Origin: Liolophura sinensis
Lineage: Eukaryota
Length of the DNA: 64,000 nt
NCBI RefSeq assembly: GCF_032854445.1
Contig: NC_088300.1
Location: 60,598,969 to 60,662,968, forward strand
Direction: 5' to 3'
In this document: positions 1 through 12,969 of the stretch, one piece after another
Layout: every line of letters begins with the position of its first letter
How positions within the stretch are numbered: position 1 is the stretch's first letter
Translations under genes and position numbers: made by a program
The notes under the pieces: generated by a model
What the model saw: only the letters and a program-made list of their open reading frames with translations
The model's database searches: none
Told to the model about the DNA's origin: nothing

Positions 1-50
1 CTGCAACCTGCGGATGGTTGTGGCTACACCAATGAAATAAAATAAATGAA
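1..50 (+). mobile_element. SINE family A 3' fragment at the window edge
   Basis: ctgcaacctgcggatggttgtgg...aaataaaataaat matches the copy at 52741. Confidence 0.6.
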
Positions 51-148
51 TACTTTATGAGGCTATCTCTGAGACTATGGAAATCTCATACAAATATTCT
101 GCCATTGTTTAAACTACCCCTGAAAAGCTCAAATCTGACTGTCTTTAG

Positions 149-269
149 CATCAAGAAGAATGGAAGCAGATTGATGGGGAGTTGTTCAGAATCCTTCATA
201 CTGCTGCAGAGAATGCCTGTAAACAAGGATTGATGACTGCTGAGGAAAGACGTTCTTACCAGAGATCAA
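149..269 (+). CDS. NWD1: NWD1-like (NACHT and WD repeat domain) coding exon, first one resolved in the window (HQEEWKQIDGELFRILHTAAENACKQGLMTAEERRSYQRS)
   Basis: AG acceptor ctttag at 143-148 and gtaag donor at 270. The exon ends in phase 1 and continues in frame into the next exon. There is weak similarity to the human NWD1 N-terminal region. Confidence 0.55.
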
Positions 270-659
270 GTAAGATTTTGTATATAATCCTTTTGAGCTA
301 AGGCCTAAAATTTCACCGAAAAAGTGGATTTGTAGGAACAAATTAATGTGATAATATATGTATACTTCTGGCGATGAAACCTACCTTCAGTACAAACCTC
401 ACACACCTTTCTAAGGTTAATAAGATATTCAATACATACAATTTAGTAATGTTATGTCATTTTACCATATATGTTTTATTCAAGTGTTTTGGGAATCCTC
501 AGACTTGCATATATTTGCATTATTTCAAACTCTTAAGTACATGTAAGTCATTAACAAACTTTACACAATAGTCCATGGTGCATGTGTCACAATATTACAG
601 ATATATATTTGCATTATTTCAAACTCTGACATCTTTGAAAATGAGCATGAGCCTTTATG

Positions 660-845
660 GCCAAGGGTACGTTATTCCAGCTCATAGTGAGCTTCCTCTC
701 CTGTTATATGCAGAAAGGTCTTCCAGCAACCTACAGACGGTTGTAAGTTTCTCTCGGACTCTGTCAGTTTCCTCCCACCATAATGCTGGCTGCCATGGTT
801 AGGCAAAAGTGAAATTTTCTTGAGTATGGTGTAAAACACCGACCA
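660..845 (+). mobile_element. SINE family A partial copy or copies
   Basis: cctacagacggttgtaagtttctct...cctcccaccataatgctggctgcc...cttgagtatggtgtaaaacaccgaccaaag, with a poly-A. Confidence 0.75.
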
Positions 846-1073
846 AAGAAAAAAAAAAAAAAATGAGTCCATGGTGCATGTGTCACAATATTACAGATAT
901 GAGTTTTTTCAAAAGTTCCAATTTTACTAATAAATACATCACATTTATTCAATTATTGCACATAACTACTTCCATAATTTCATAAACATTACAATTTGAG
1001 GATTAGTGCAAATGATATTTGATGATAATATATGCATGTGTTTAGCATCATATGTCCATTTTTGTCTCTGCAG

Positions 1074-1184
1074 TCACTGAGCATGAGGTAACACAGGGCA
1101 TTTTAAATGCTGAGGTGAAGAAAAACAAAGTGCTGTGTTTTACACGAGACATCATTGACCTGGACATCACAGACTCTTTAGCTG
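1074..1184 (+). CDS. NWD1: NWD1-like coding exon (ITEHEVTQGILNAEVKKNKVLCFTRDIIDLDITDSLA)
   Basis: Acceptor tctctgcag and donor gtgggt. The frame continues from the previous exon (phase 1) into the large NACHT exon (phase 1). Confidence 0.55.
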
Positions 1185-3479
1185 GTGGGTTTTAGCTTTT
1201 AATGTGCATGGAATGGACCAAAGCATAATCAAGCACAGTTTAATATTAGCCAGTTCTCACAATAGGATTTGATTTGTTATCACATTGACTGCAGGGTTGT
1301 GTGCAACCAAAAGGAACAATTCAGTCTGGCAGAAGAAAGATATAAGAATACTTTTTGATTAAGTCATTATTTCTATTTTAGTAGTACTATAAATGTTGTT
1401 TTTTTTTTTGTTTTTTTTTGTATTTTTTTTTTTTTTGAAGTGGCTGTAACAGTTGTAAATGAATGCAGAATATTTGAACAAGCATTGTACCATTTAAATA
1501 ATCATCTAAGAATATGTTTTTCTCAACAGTATTGTGACATTTCTACATTGTTAATTTTTCTTACATGTTACAGTAGTTCATACTATGTTGGACCAAGATT
1601 TAAATATTATATGTTTGATGTTATGTGACTGACCCTTTAAAAAGGCCCTGACTGAAATTCTTTTTTCGTGTTTTTACAGATGCCAAATTATTTGATTATT
1701 TTTTTATTTCATTCAATTTTTTTTTTTTTTCGTCCTTTGTTTGAAATGTCACTCTGCTTATACAGGTGAAGGTGCTATTTAGAGATATACATTTTCCTTA
1801 GTACAAAAATCTAGTCTAAGGATGGCTTATATTTACTGATACGCGAAGACTTCTGCCATTTTTTGCACCCGATTATGACATTGTATCTGTATTCACCTAC
1901 CCTATGGGCAAAGCTCCATGCATACGCAATAATAAATATCCAAATTCACATAATACAAGATCTGTCTGCAAGGTAAGGCATTTATTCAGCTTTTGCAACC
2001 ATTGACACTGAACTTTATTTGAGATTTCCTCGGAATTCTCAGTCCAATTCGAAAATAAGGTCTGCTTTGAGCCACTCGCTGCGTGATGTCATCTACCTGA
2101 TTTGACCTAAAGTGGTATGTCAATCACGCTGACGTCTATTGAGAATCTGACTTCGTGGAAAAATATATCACAACATTATTTAAGTATTCCAACGTATAGA
2201 ACAGCTCAGCTCACAAAGGTGGACATCGATGTTGTGAAGTGACAGACGCTTTTAGAATGACAAGAAATTGACGCTATGACTGCGAGGTCTTTTCTTTTCG
2301 TACCCCTTAAATGTCAACCACTTGTGCATGTGCTGAGCATGAAAACAATAGCTGCATGTTTGTGAGTAGGGCTCAGAAAGTGAAATATTATGAAATTACC
2401 ACGCGTATATGCAATGCAGTGAGATAAAACTTGTCCAAAAGACCACAAAGGCATGGAAAGATACCATATTAGGGAGATCCCAAAATTTAAAAAAGGTTAG
2501 TCAGGTGTGTGTATATTTTCTCCCTGTCAAAACTGTCAAAAGGGAGCATGTAGCTGGGAATTAATTTTGTGAACTGTCATTGAGATCACCACTGTCAGAT
2601 GCTTTGGTTGCTAGAAACTGTATCTGTTTACTGATACATTGTTGTGAAATGGAAACAATGGTTGTGACAATAGAAAAGGCATACCTGTGCATTTCTGAGT
2701 TGATGCAGGAAAGTTCACATACTAAGGCAAAGCTAATGTTCAATCCGTTAATCTTCATTAGGTAAAGCTGATGATCTGAGCTCTTTTGGGTTCTTAAACT
2801 CTTCATACTTTTAGACAAGCATGTACATTGAATGATGTTGTAAAGACAGAATAAATGTTTGATCCTTCACATGAAGGAAAAATTCCCTAAATCTCCCAAA
2901 GTTTATTTAAAATTAGGAAAATGGAAACAGATTTGTCAGTATACATTTTATTTTACTAAGCGATGAGGTTCCGCTTCACTCTGTCAAAAGCATCAGCTGG
3001 ACAGGACTTTGGTTATATTTTCTCATGCTCTCACCCCATCTGTACAGGACCTGAAAATGCTAGCACAAACTGTTGGCTTAAATTATGCAGTAGTACTCAT
3101 AAAAATGTTTACCTAGTTTTATTGTAAAAATCTAAGAATATTTATTCTGAGAATTGCCAAATGTTGGGTGATATATTTTAGTACTGTGTTCTGATCATTG
3201 TTAATTAAGTTTAATTGTGATCAGTTATTTGAACAGGATTCTACGATTGTTCTTCCCTTCTGCGAAAAAAAAAAAACACACCTAACCTTCCCTCTTTTGT
3301 TATAAAGGGCTTGTAACATCAAACAAACAATATTTTAATTTTGGCCTTATTAATTTAAGAATACCTATAAAGGTTTCTTCATAGGGTACAATATAGAGTG
3401 AAGAAAGTGAAGTTATGCCATACAGGTACATGTTTGGTGTTATGGTCCATTTAATACACTAACTTTTTTTGTTTTTCAG

Positions 3480-4901
3480 GAAGGTATATTGACATGAATG
3501 CAGATGGCCAGGTGAAAGACCAGTGTGTAGAATTATTGAGACAGCTAAAAACTGAGAAGCTGGATGTTTGCTTAGGTAAGGATCAGCTAATAAAGCATGA
3601 GGTGAGATGGAGACCTGAAGGGGTGATCCCTGAGGACGAGGAACATGCATTGTACCTGGCCACTCTTAGAGAGGTGTTCATTAACAAGATGAAGGATATG
3701 ATCATAGCCTCACTTTCACAGCAGAGGTCAAAAGGTCATGAACTTTATAATGAGGTTCTCCACCATGCTCATTTCTGTAAACGGAAAGGCGAGGATTTTC
3801 AAGGGAGGGAGCAACTCATCAAAGACTTGCAGACGGCCTTCCAGGAAATTTGGGAGACAGAAGATCCAGCAAAAACTGAAGGGAAAGGAAAGGCCAAGAA
3901 GGAAAGTGGCAGAAATCTTGCACGAGAAGAAGATAGTGACATTGGTAGCGATGTTGATGGAGTGCAGGAAGATTCAGAAATGTCTGAATTAGAGCGCCAG
4001 GAAGTGATCAGAGAACAATACGTTGCCATGAAAGATCCGCTGAAACAGTGGGGCATAAGCTTCAGTATGGAAGAGTACAGCGATCTCAGCGACCCAAATA
4101 AAGACGTCAAAGCGGAGTCCCTGAGGACTGTGAGAGAGTCTGTCCACACTAAGCCACTGGTGGTGTATGGAGAGTCAGGATGTGGGAAAACAGCCCTTAT
4201 GGCCAAGCTTGCTGAGGTGATCAAGAAAGAGACACCAGAGTCGGTTGTGTTGGTCAGGTTCCTGGGCACCTCTCCTCAGAGCTCCTCCATCCGTGACACG
4301 CTGGTCAGCATCTGTCACCAGATCCACAAGATCTTCGACCTTGAACCACTCAAGTTTGACCTTCAAGATAACTTCCCGTTTTTGGTGCAGTATTTCTCAG
4401 CTTTGTTGTGGAGGATCAAGTCAGTCTCGAAACCTCTTTACATCCTTCTCGACTCGCTGGATCAGCTTCAGCCCTCTGATCATGCATTTTCATTGAACTG
4501 GTTGCCCACACAGCTGCCTGACAACGTCCATATTGTATTATCCACTTTACCAGAAATGCATGGATTGATGACCACCCTGAAAAATCACCTAATGGAAGAC
4601 AAGCTGTTTTTTGAAGTGTTGCCCTTGCCGATGACAGATGCTAGCGACCTGCTGTTAAAAGTTTGGTCCAGATCAGTGGGTCGACAATTCACACAGCAAC
4701 AACGACAGCTCTTGAAAGACAAAGTATCCTCTGGAGCTGCACCATTGTATCTGAAACTTCTGTTTTATCAGGCCGTGAAATGGCACTCTTATACAGACGT
4801 GGTTGATGTTGACTTGGGATTGACAGCTCAGGCTGCAATCAACAAGCTTTTTGATGACTTAGAGATTCTGCATGGGAAAACACTGATAAGTCATTCCTTT
4901 G
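3480..4901 (+). CDS. NWD1: NWD1-like large exon encoding the NACHT P-loop NTPase domain (Walker A VVYGESGCGKTALMAKLA)
   Basis: A 1.4 kb open frame matches the 3494..5089 ORF track. The P-loop GESGCGKT and the downstream LVRFLGTSPQSS...SICHQI stretch align with human NWD1 LFGPPGIGKTALMCKLAE...LRLLGTSQMSS...SICFQV. Acceptor tttttcag, donor gtgagt at 4902. Confidence 0.85.
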
Positions 4902-4994
4902 GTGAGTACAACTCTACAGCATGTGTAAACTGTGATGTTATATTAAATATGGCTACTTTAGACACAGCCTTAACACTGAAAGAAGGTCTCTGTG

Positions 4995-5255
4995 GCCAAG
5001 TGTTTAGCATGCTAGTGCAGCATAATGGCCCAGAAGCCTCTCACAGTGACTCTGAGTTCAAGCCCAGCTCAAGCTGGCTTCCTCTCTGATCGTATGTGGG
5101 AATGTCTGCAGCAATCTGCAGATGGCCATGGGTTTACCCCGGACTCTGTCCAGTTTCCTTTCACCATATTGCTTGCTGTCATTGTATAAGTTAAATATTC
5201 TTGAGTATGGCGTAAAACTTCAATCATACTGCTATAATGTCATGAACTCAAAGTC
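4995..5255 (+). mobile_element. SINE family A copy in the NWD1 intron immediately after the NACHT exon
   Basis: gagttcaagcccagctcaagctggcttcctctctgatcgtatgtgggaatg...ccatgggtttaccccggactctgtccagtttcctttcaccatattgcttgc...cttgagtatggcgtaaaacttcaatc. It explains the apparent extension of ORF 3494..5089 beyond the real donor at 4902. Confidence 0.85.
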
Positions 5256-5273
5256 GTTCATTCATTCACTCAG

Positions 5274-5983
5274 GCTACATCTCTGCTGCCAAGAATGGCC
5301 TGAGTAACCAGGAAATGGAGCACCTGTTGTCTCTTGATGATGAGGTATTACAGGACATCTACCTGTATCACCTGCCTCCTAACGAACATGTCATCACATT
5401 ACCTTCCCTGATCTGGAGGCGTGTCGTCTACGACTTAGGCGAATACCTTGTGGAAAGACGAGCGGACGGACGCTCCATAAAGGCTTGGTATCACAGGCAG
5501 TTTCAGCAAGTGGCAGAGGAGCGCTATTTGCAAGGCGAGGTGAAGGTCAAAGTTCACTCAGCTATGGTGGAATATTTCCTGGGGGTATGGAGTGAGAAGC
5601 CCAAACCTCTAGATCTGTACAAGATGAAAAAGCGATATTACCCCGATGCCCATCGTCAGGTTCCCGATCAGCCTCTGCTTCTGGGGTCATCCGTGTTTAA
5701 CCTGAGAAAACTGACAGAGCTACCCCATCATCTGGTCTACAGCCAAAAGCTGACAGAGTTCAGGGCCTTGGTTGGCTGTAATTTAGAGTGGTTGTACACG
5801 AAGTGCAAAGCTGTGGGGCTCTCTGAGACACTAGATGATCTACAGCTGGCTATTTCTGCAGGGAAGGAAATGAACAAGGTTGACAAGATAGGTGACATCA
5901 TAGCTGACCTCCAATTTGTGACTGACGTGCTTCTTCTAGGAAATGACAACATTAGGGAAAATCCAGTCAATGTAGGTGTGCAG
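5274..5983 (+). CDS. NWD1: NWD1-like exon (GYISAAKNGLSNQEMEHLLSLDDEVLQDIYLYH...)
   Basis: Strong match to human NWD1 GYIVSSRHGLSEAELKDVLSLDDEVLQDVY...HRQ..V.ERYL. Acceptor cactcag, donor gtgaga. It is in frame with the previous exon after the SINE-containing intron. Confidence 0.85.
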
Positions 5984-7318
5984 GTGAGAAAGTCCCCGTA
6001 TAAATAAAACCTCATTGATTTTGATATCTTCATGGATATGATCTACAATTTCAGTAATGATATACTTGGGTTTATTATTTTATTCTGTTTTGTACATGTT
6101 TTGTTTTAGTGTTTAACAGCTGATAGGAAACATTGCACCTGTAAAAGCAGAGAGGTTTTGGGGTGGAACAAATCAGAGTAAACATTTACCACTTGTACCT
6201 CAAACTTACAATTTAAAGCTGTAGCCAAATCAGTAATTTTGATTGGAGCCTGCTACATGATTGGTCAGCGGCTGATCAGCTATGGCAAAGAAAAATGCAC
6301 TACACATGGTATTGTAAATGAATGATTCAGCATAAGAATGATGTGCGACTGAGTTGATCTGCTAATCAGATTAACGGTAACCTTAAAAACAAAGAGAATG
6401 ATTTTAAGGAAGAGGAATGTATGTCTAAACATGAAAAAAAACATTCTCTTTTGAGGCATATTTTGTATTTTTTAATAACCCACCCGTTTTTCTCATATTT
6501 TCTGTCCATGGGCAGGAATATTCAGAGATCGGAACACATTGGGAACAAGCGATTCTTAAGAAAACTGTAGTTTAAGGTTATTTGCATACCCCAAGAAGAA
6601 AGCCTAGAAGCTTTCTTGTACTGTTAATTGTAAGGCCACCTCGTATACTTCATATTAAGAAATAAAAACCAAGCTTTTCATGTATCACTGGGTCTTTTTT
6701 CATGTAAAACAAGGTTAATCTGTTGGGTGTGGGTGGCCTGAATATTGGTATGACATCATACTGAGCCAGAGTTTCCAGGTTTCATTACAGTAACACACCC
6801 AGATCCCACCATGTGGTTTGCATCCAGTCTTAACAGTATCAAAATAAATGTATTACATACACTGCACATACCCTAATTCCTCAACCTTTTCACATATGAA
6901 AGAGAATACATATTTTTAAATTGATTTTGGAGATAAAACTTTATTGGTTGGATTGGCCAGTTTCAGGGCTTAGCTAAATGTTGTAAAATTGTCAGTCAAA
7001 ACAGAATATAATGCCTTCAGAATATACATGTAGTTGAATAAACAGCTTTGAAACATGAGAAAAGGTTGAAGAATTATGGTATATATTAACCATGTCCGCG
7101 AATGTAAGTTTTATATGTAAGTTTTGTGTATATTTACTTCTGTGTTTTATAGCAAATGTATGCCAAACCTTATAAGATACATTTCTTCAGTATTCACAAC
7201 ATATTGCCTAATCCAGATTTAGCGATAAATTTGTCCTTGTTTTATTTTCTTAGTTGTCGTATATATTATTGGGCCATATTTAGTTTAACATGTACACATG
7301 CATGCATTCTCTTTCCAG

Positions 7319-7505
7319 ATCCTTGGCCAGCTAGGTACAGGTAGCCAGAAGTCCCCTGCCTTACAGACCTTGGTCAAAGAGGCCAGGGAGTGGTGCGGCT
7401 CCCACCCTCACCCTGTACTGGTGCCCCAACACCCCTGTCTGCCCTCACCAGGTGGCCACCTAAGACTGACCATCAATGCCTACTTGCAGACTCCAGGAGC
7501 TTTCC
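7319..7505 (+). CDS. NWD1: NWD1-like exon (ILGQLGTGSQKSPALQTLVKEAREWCGSHPHPVLVPQHP...GGHLRL)
   Basis: Matches human NWD1 QQAQSWFQLCAHPVLVPLGGFLQPPGGPLR. Acceptor ctttccag, donor gtaag at 7506. Confidence 0.8.
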
Positions 7506-8794
7506 GTAAGAAACACCATGCTTATAATAACTTGTGGATGAGATTGTTCTGTTAGCCAGATTTCTGAGCAGAGTGTAACGTAAAATTATTTGACTGCCTG
7601 TAAGCAAAAAGTTGTTGATTATCTGATGTGTTATGATCATTGCGGAGATCTTGATGGTACTAGTTACAGGTTCAGCCTAGTATTTTCGCTAATGCTATAA
7701 ACAGTTGGTTTATGTACATGTATATCCTGATGTACACAGAATATGTTATTGTAATAAACAGAGGGCAGGTAAGGATAAGGGAGGTGGGATGTTGAGGTGT
7801 AGAATAGACCAGAATTAGTCTGGGGGTAGGGGATGGAATTAAATACAAATACTGTTACAGTTATAAACTGAAATATTTAGCTCATTATAACTGGACAATT
7901 TATAATTATATAATTTTGTTTCGGAAATAATTTTCCTGCTACGGCGATGTAGCAGCAGTTTTATAGTCAATGAGGTGGTCAAGGTTATTATTTTCTCTAA
8001 AATTTTTTAACATCGTCCACCTTATTGATTACAAAACTGACGCTCGACACCCATAGTAGGAAACAATATTTCAATTCTGTAACCCTCCCCAAAATGTTGA
8101 ATGCAGGTATTCTCATAATTAAATAGGAAAAACTACAGTCATGTAAATACTTTCACACCCATTCGACGTAGCATTGGAAGATCCCATATTCTAAATTGTG
8201 CACAACGTGCAACGTCACCAGGCAAAACCATTGCTTCTAGACAAAAGGGGTACCAGTCTATATAGTCACTGATTTCAGTTCTGACGAGTATCAAACTGAT
8301 GGCAAATGCAGCTGTTGAAAATAATCTGTGAAGTGTCTTAAACGGTGAAACATTCGTTGGTGCCAGTCTACTTGTACTCTTCAACACTGACACGTTTCTT
8401 ACATGAAATGAACACTGCTGCCAAGTGTTCACATATCTTCTGCAGCACACTGGTTAATACCTGGTATGTGATACTTATCCATTCACTTTTCTCAGTGAAA
8501 ACAACATCCCATTTGAAAAATGGGAAAAAAAATTTGTCCGTTTTATTTATGACGAGCGTTTAATATGTGACCCAATGGGAATAAAAACATGAGATTTATA
8601 GTCTTTGACCAGCTTCCTTATATGTAATACGAAAGCATTGAAGGTTATAGAATTGTAGATTTATTCTTTGTGCTTTTATAAAACTTTTATGATTTTTCTA
8701 GTATCGGGTAGGTGTAAAAACATCTTATGAATGGATGACTTACAGAGAATGGAGGACTTTCTTTCATGATATAAACATTGATGTTTTTGAGCAG

Positions 8795-8984
8795 GTAACT
8801 CATCAATTTTACGCACCTGTCTGGCTCTGCGTGAGGACACTAACAGCCTCCTGGTGGTGGAGATGGGTGGCAAGGTGCACAACTCTGACACCCTCAAAAC
8901 CTATGATCTGGAGGATGGGCAGTCTGTGGCCACAACAGTACTTAGCAACAGGATGTGTAACATCAGACTGATAGACTCAGACAG
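8795..8984 (+). CDS. NWD1: NWD1-like exon at the start of the WD40 region (...TCLALREDTNSLLVVEMGGKVHNSDTLKTYDLEDGQSVATTVLSNRMCNIRLIDSD)
   Basis: Phase-consistent with its neighbours. Acceptor gagcag, donor gttagt at 8985. The 3' end of the exon is the seed of the downstream tandem array. Confidence 0.7.
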
Positions 8985-10260
8985 GTTAGTGTATGCTTCT
9001 TGATGACAGGTGTGAAATGGGCAACTGAATGTGTAACATCAGACTGATTGACTCAGACAGGTTAGTTTGTGCTTCTTGATGGCAGGTGTGAAATGGGCAA
9101 CTGAATGTGTAACATCAGACTGATAGACTTAGACAGGTTAGTGTGTGCTTCTTGATGGCGACAGGTTAGTGTGTGCTTCTTGATCACAGGTGTGAAATGG
9201 GCAACTGAATGTGTAACATCATACTGATAGACTTAGACAGGTTAGTGTGTGCTTCTTGATGACAGGTGTGAAATGGGCAACTGAATGTGTAACATCAGAT
9301 TGATAGACAGGTTAGTGTGTGCTTCTTGATGATGGGTGTGAAATGGGCAACTGAATGTGTAACATCAGATTGATAGACAGGTTAGTGTGCGCTTCTTGAT
9401 GGCAGGTGTGAAATGGGCAACTGAATGTGTAACATCAGACTGATAAACTCAGACAGGTTAGTGTGTGCTTCTTGATGACAGGTGTGAAATGGGCAACTGA
9501 ATGTGTAACATCAGACTGATAGGCTCAGACAGGTTAGTGTGTGCTTCTTGATGACGGGTGTGAAATGGGCAACTGAATGTGTAACATCAGACTGATATAC
9601 TCAGACAGGTTAGTGTGTGCTTCTTGATGACAGGTGTGAAATGGGCAACTGAATGTGTAACATCAGACTGATAGACAGGTGAATATGTGCTTCTTGATGA
9701 TAGGTCTGAATTGAGCAACTTCAGACTGAAAGTCTCAGGTGGGTGTGTGCTTCTTGATGACAGGTGTGAAATGGGCAACTGAATGTGTAACATCAGACTG
9801 ATAGACAGGTGAATATGTGCTTCTTGATGATAGGCCTGAATTGAGCAACTTCAGACTGAAAGACTCAGGTGGGTGTGTGCTTGTTGATTACAGGTGTGAA
9901 ATGGGCAACTGAATGTGTAACATCAGACTGATAGACAGGTGAATATGTGCTTCTTGATGATAGGCCTGAATTGAGCAACTTCAGACTGAAAGACTCAGGT
10001 GGGTGTGTGCTTCTTGATGACAGGTGTGAAATGGGCAACTGAATGTGTAACATCAGACTGATAGACAGGTGAATATGTGCTTCTTGATGATAGGTCTGAA
10101 TTGAGCAGCTTCAGACTGAAAGACTCAGGTGGGTGTGTGCTTGTTGATTACAGGTGTGAAGTGAGCAACTTTAGACTGATAGACTCAGGTGAATGTGTGT
10201 TTATTGATGGCAACAGGATCTGTAACATCAGGCTAATAGACTCAGTGAGGCTGCATGTTC
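8955..10260 (+). repeat. Tandem array, unit about 77 bp, about 16 copies, with diverged double units of about 140 bp from 9640. The unit is the last 30-40 nt of NWD1 exon 6 plus the first 45 nt of the intron, including the gttagt donor.
   Basis: The unit gtgtaacatcagactgatagactcagacag|gttagtgtgtgcttcttgatgacaggtgtgaaatgggcaactgaat recurs directly downstream of the true exon end at 8984. Confidence 0.9.
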
Positions 10261-10395
10261 AGATCGAGCTCTAGCTTACAGCTTCAGCTAATGCTTTAAA
10301 TCGAGATGTTTGTCTGGTACCCAGAAATGTTGATGGGTTACCTCAAGCACCTGTGAATAAATAAATAAAGTAAATTTACTTTCTCACCTGTGCAG

Positions 10396-10553
10396 GTATA
10401 TTCACTTGGAGTGGACAGGTGACAGGGATGATTACAACCCCACCTGTTACCAACGCCTGATCTACACCAGCTCCACCACTCTCGTCCCTCTACCCAAAGA
10501 TATCAGCTGGCTGAGTCTGTCACCAAGTGGAACTACTTTTGCTTACGCTGTTG
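10396..10553 (+). CDS. NWD1: NWD1-like exon (RYIHLEWTGDRDDYNPTCYQRLIYTSSTTLVPLPKDISWLSLSPSGTTFAYAV)
   Basis: Acceptor ctgtgcag, donor gtaagat. The frame continues from the exon ending at 8984 across the repeat-filled intron. Confidence 0.7.
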
Positions 10554-10770
10554 GTAAGATATCTTCTCTTCGCCCTGACACATATTCTGTTCACACCTCA
10601 CAGATACATGCATTGTTTTGAGAGATGGATTAAAGGTGACATTTTTTGATAAAGTTGTTGTTGTTAGTAGGCATCTCCTGTTCTTGTATAAGATTGTTTA
10701 AATTACCTTTTGTTGTAACAATTACTACCGTTGAATTTGCTTTTATTTATTTCATTTTCATTGCTTTTAG

Positions 10771-11671
10771 GAAATAATGTTTTTGTGCGACGCGGTGATT
10801 CCATTCTAAAATCAAGAAGAGTAACAAAGGAAGTAAAATTAAGTCAAACTGATTCCGTAACACACTTGGTTATCTCCCCTGATGACAATTATCTCGTCAC
10901 AACAACACTAGAAAATAAACAGTTTGTCTGGGAACTGGAAACTAACAGCTGTCTCCATGAATTGGGAAGTGCAGAGAAAAGTTTTGCCGGCAGCAGCAAG
11001 GACCTGCACTGCGTTCACATCACCAAAAAGAACTGGTTGATCTGTCCCGGGCTGAATTACAATACAAGGAACCAGATTTATGTGACAAATATAGAAACTG
11101 GGGAAAAAGTGTGTGAATTAAAGGGAGCAAGCAGCCATTACAGTATCGAGTTAATACGTATAAATCCTAGAGAAAATATCGTCCTTCTGGCAACTCGTGA
11201 CGACTGTGTGATCAACGGCATTGAGGATAAGTGGGGGATGCTGTGGAACCTGGAATCTGGAACGTTGTTGTCACAGTGCTCTGCTGTCAATGGCCCTTAC
11301 ACTGAGGTCAAACTGGTCGAGGATGGTGACGATATGTTTGTTATCTTGTGTGAAAAGCGCAGCCCTGTCATCAATATCCTGTGGGCTGGATCGGAGTCGG
11401 ATCCGTTAGAGACGGCGGTTTTGGTCCATGTTCTGGTAGCCCACAATGATTCTATCATACAGCTGGTCCTGAACGAGGACATACTGGTGTCAGCTTCACA
11501 AGACAACACTGTGAAGGTGTGGGACTTCAGAGAGATCAGGGCGGAGCTTCAGAGCCGGGTGCAAACAGCGGAATCACCAGAGGAAGCCAAGTTTTGCCCA
11601 TCCTTAGAGGAAGGAAAGCTACCAGTGCCGGGTAGGGATCAGATCAAAACCACAGCCATGGTAGTCTGCGA
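10771..11671 (+). CDS. NWD1: NWD1-like WD40-repeat exon (about 300 aa, ...NTVKVWDF...)
   Basis: Long open frame matching the 10731..11675 ORF track. Acceptor cttttag, gtaagt donor at 11672. The exon ends in phase 2 and continues in frame into the exon at 12970. Confidence 0.7.
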
Positions 11672-12969
11672 GTAAGTAATCTAAGGAGAATCACGATTGA
11701 TTGCAGGAATGATTTAAATAGTTATGTTTGATTTAGGTTTTATCTGATACTATTACATAATGCATTAGTCACATGGTTACTCAGTGATAGGATACAGAAA
11801 TATATGGTGTCAGTAACCTTTACTATATATTTACATGTGTCCTGTCTCTTAGTAACCAAGTTATTAGTTTATTATAATATTTTTCGGGATAATATTACAT
11901 GTGTATACATGTACATTTGTGGTCAACATCAAATATTATACTAGCAAGCAATAACATGTCACCCAAAAATCGGTTTAGTCTCGCAATACAAAAGATGGCA
12001 TGGGATACCATTACTTCTGTGAGGAACTTAAATTTTTTTCTTTATAGTGTGGTAAAACAAGGATGGGAGGAATTGAGTCAGTTTCAAACCAGGTAGATTA
12101 ATAAAGGCCAGGTGCATTTTTCTGTGTGGAAGTTGCTAGTTTCATCGTGATTCTTTTAGACTTTCATTGTTGTGGTGTTGTACACAGTGCATGTAAATGT
12201 TATGTTATATTTCACTTAAAGGGAAAGACCTCTAAAAATCGAAGTAGGCATCACCAGGTGGACCGCTAAAAACTTATGCTCAAATATATTTACATTCATT
12301 TTTTTAGATTTTTGAGAAAAGAATTAAAGGGGCTCAATCATTTAACTTCTAAGGAGGGTTTTGTGGACCATACCATCAGAGGTTATGAACTCTGACATCA
12401 CAGGAAGTTTGTCCAACTCTAATCTTGACAATGAATGTTGGAATAACTCATTTTACCCATGAGTGAAAGATTACTGAAATAATGTTCCCAATAATTCCTT
12501 CATTCTGGTGAACATAAGAAAAAATGGTGATGTGACGTCAGAATTGCTGGATACCATCAGTGTGGCTCATAAAACCCACCATTGTTTTCAGATATTTGAA
12601 TGCCTTTCAACACTGTCAAAAAAATCTAAAAAATAAATGAAAGTATTTTTACACATAGTTTTCAATTGTCTTTATGAGGAACCTTACTTCATGTTTTAGC
12701 TTTCTTTTACTTTAGAGTTGACACCCTGGTGGTAACTGAGCCTGGGAATCTCAGACACTTCACCAATATCAAACCTATATCAAAATATAATCAGTATATT
12801 ATGTTCACTTGTGGCTTTAAGTCAGGAGGTGTCATAAACTCCTGGTGAAGTGTCATGGTTTCCCCGGTCTCTACCCAGTTTTCCCCACCCATAAATTTGA
12901 CTCTTATCGTGAATAAAATAAGCACCATATCAAAGACAGTAAATTGAGTACTCATTTTCACTCTTCCAG

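Noticed and set aside
3738-4366. ORFs 3738..3992 (+), 3799..4269 (-), 4175..4366 (-) and 4245..4496 (+)
   Set aside because: They are alternative-frame or antisense ORFs nested inside the well-supported NWD1 NACHT exon.
4902-5089. The 3' extension of ORF 3494..5089 beyond position 4901
   Set aside because: A canonical gtgagt donor at 4902 and phase-exact continuation into the exon at 5274 show that the extension is read-through into the intron. The intron begins with a SINE-A copy.
11590-11675. Possibility that NWD1 exon 8 ends earlier at gccaag|gttttg, or that the in-frame TAA at 11673 is a stop
   Set aside because: Only the gtaagt donor at 11672 gives phase 2, which is needed to continue in frame into the WD40 exon at 12970 (GA|G AAC CGA...).
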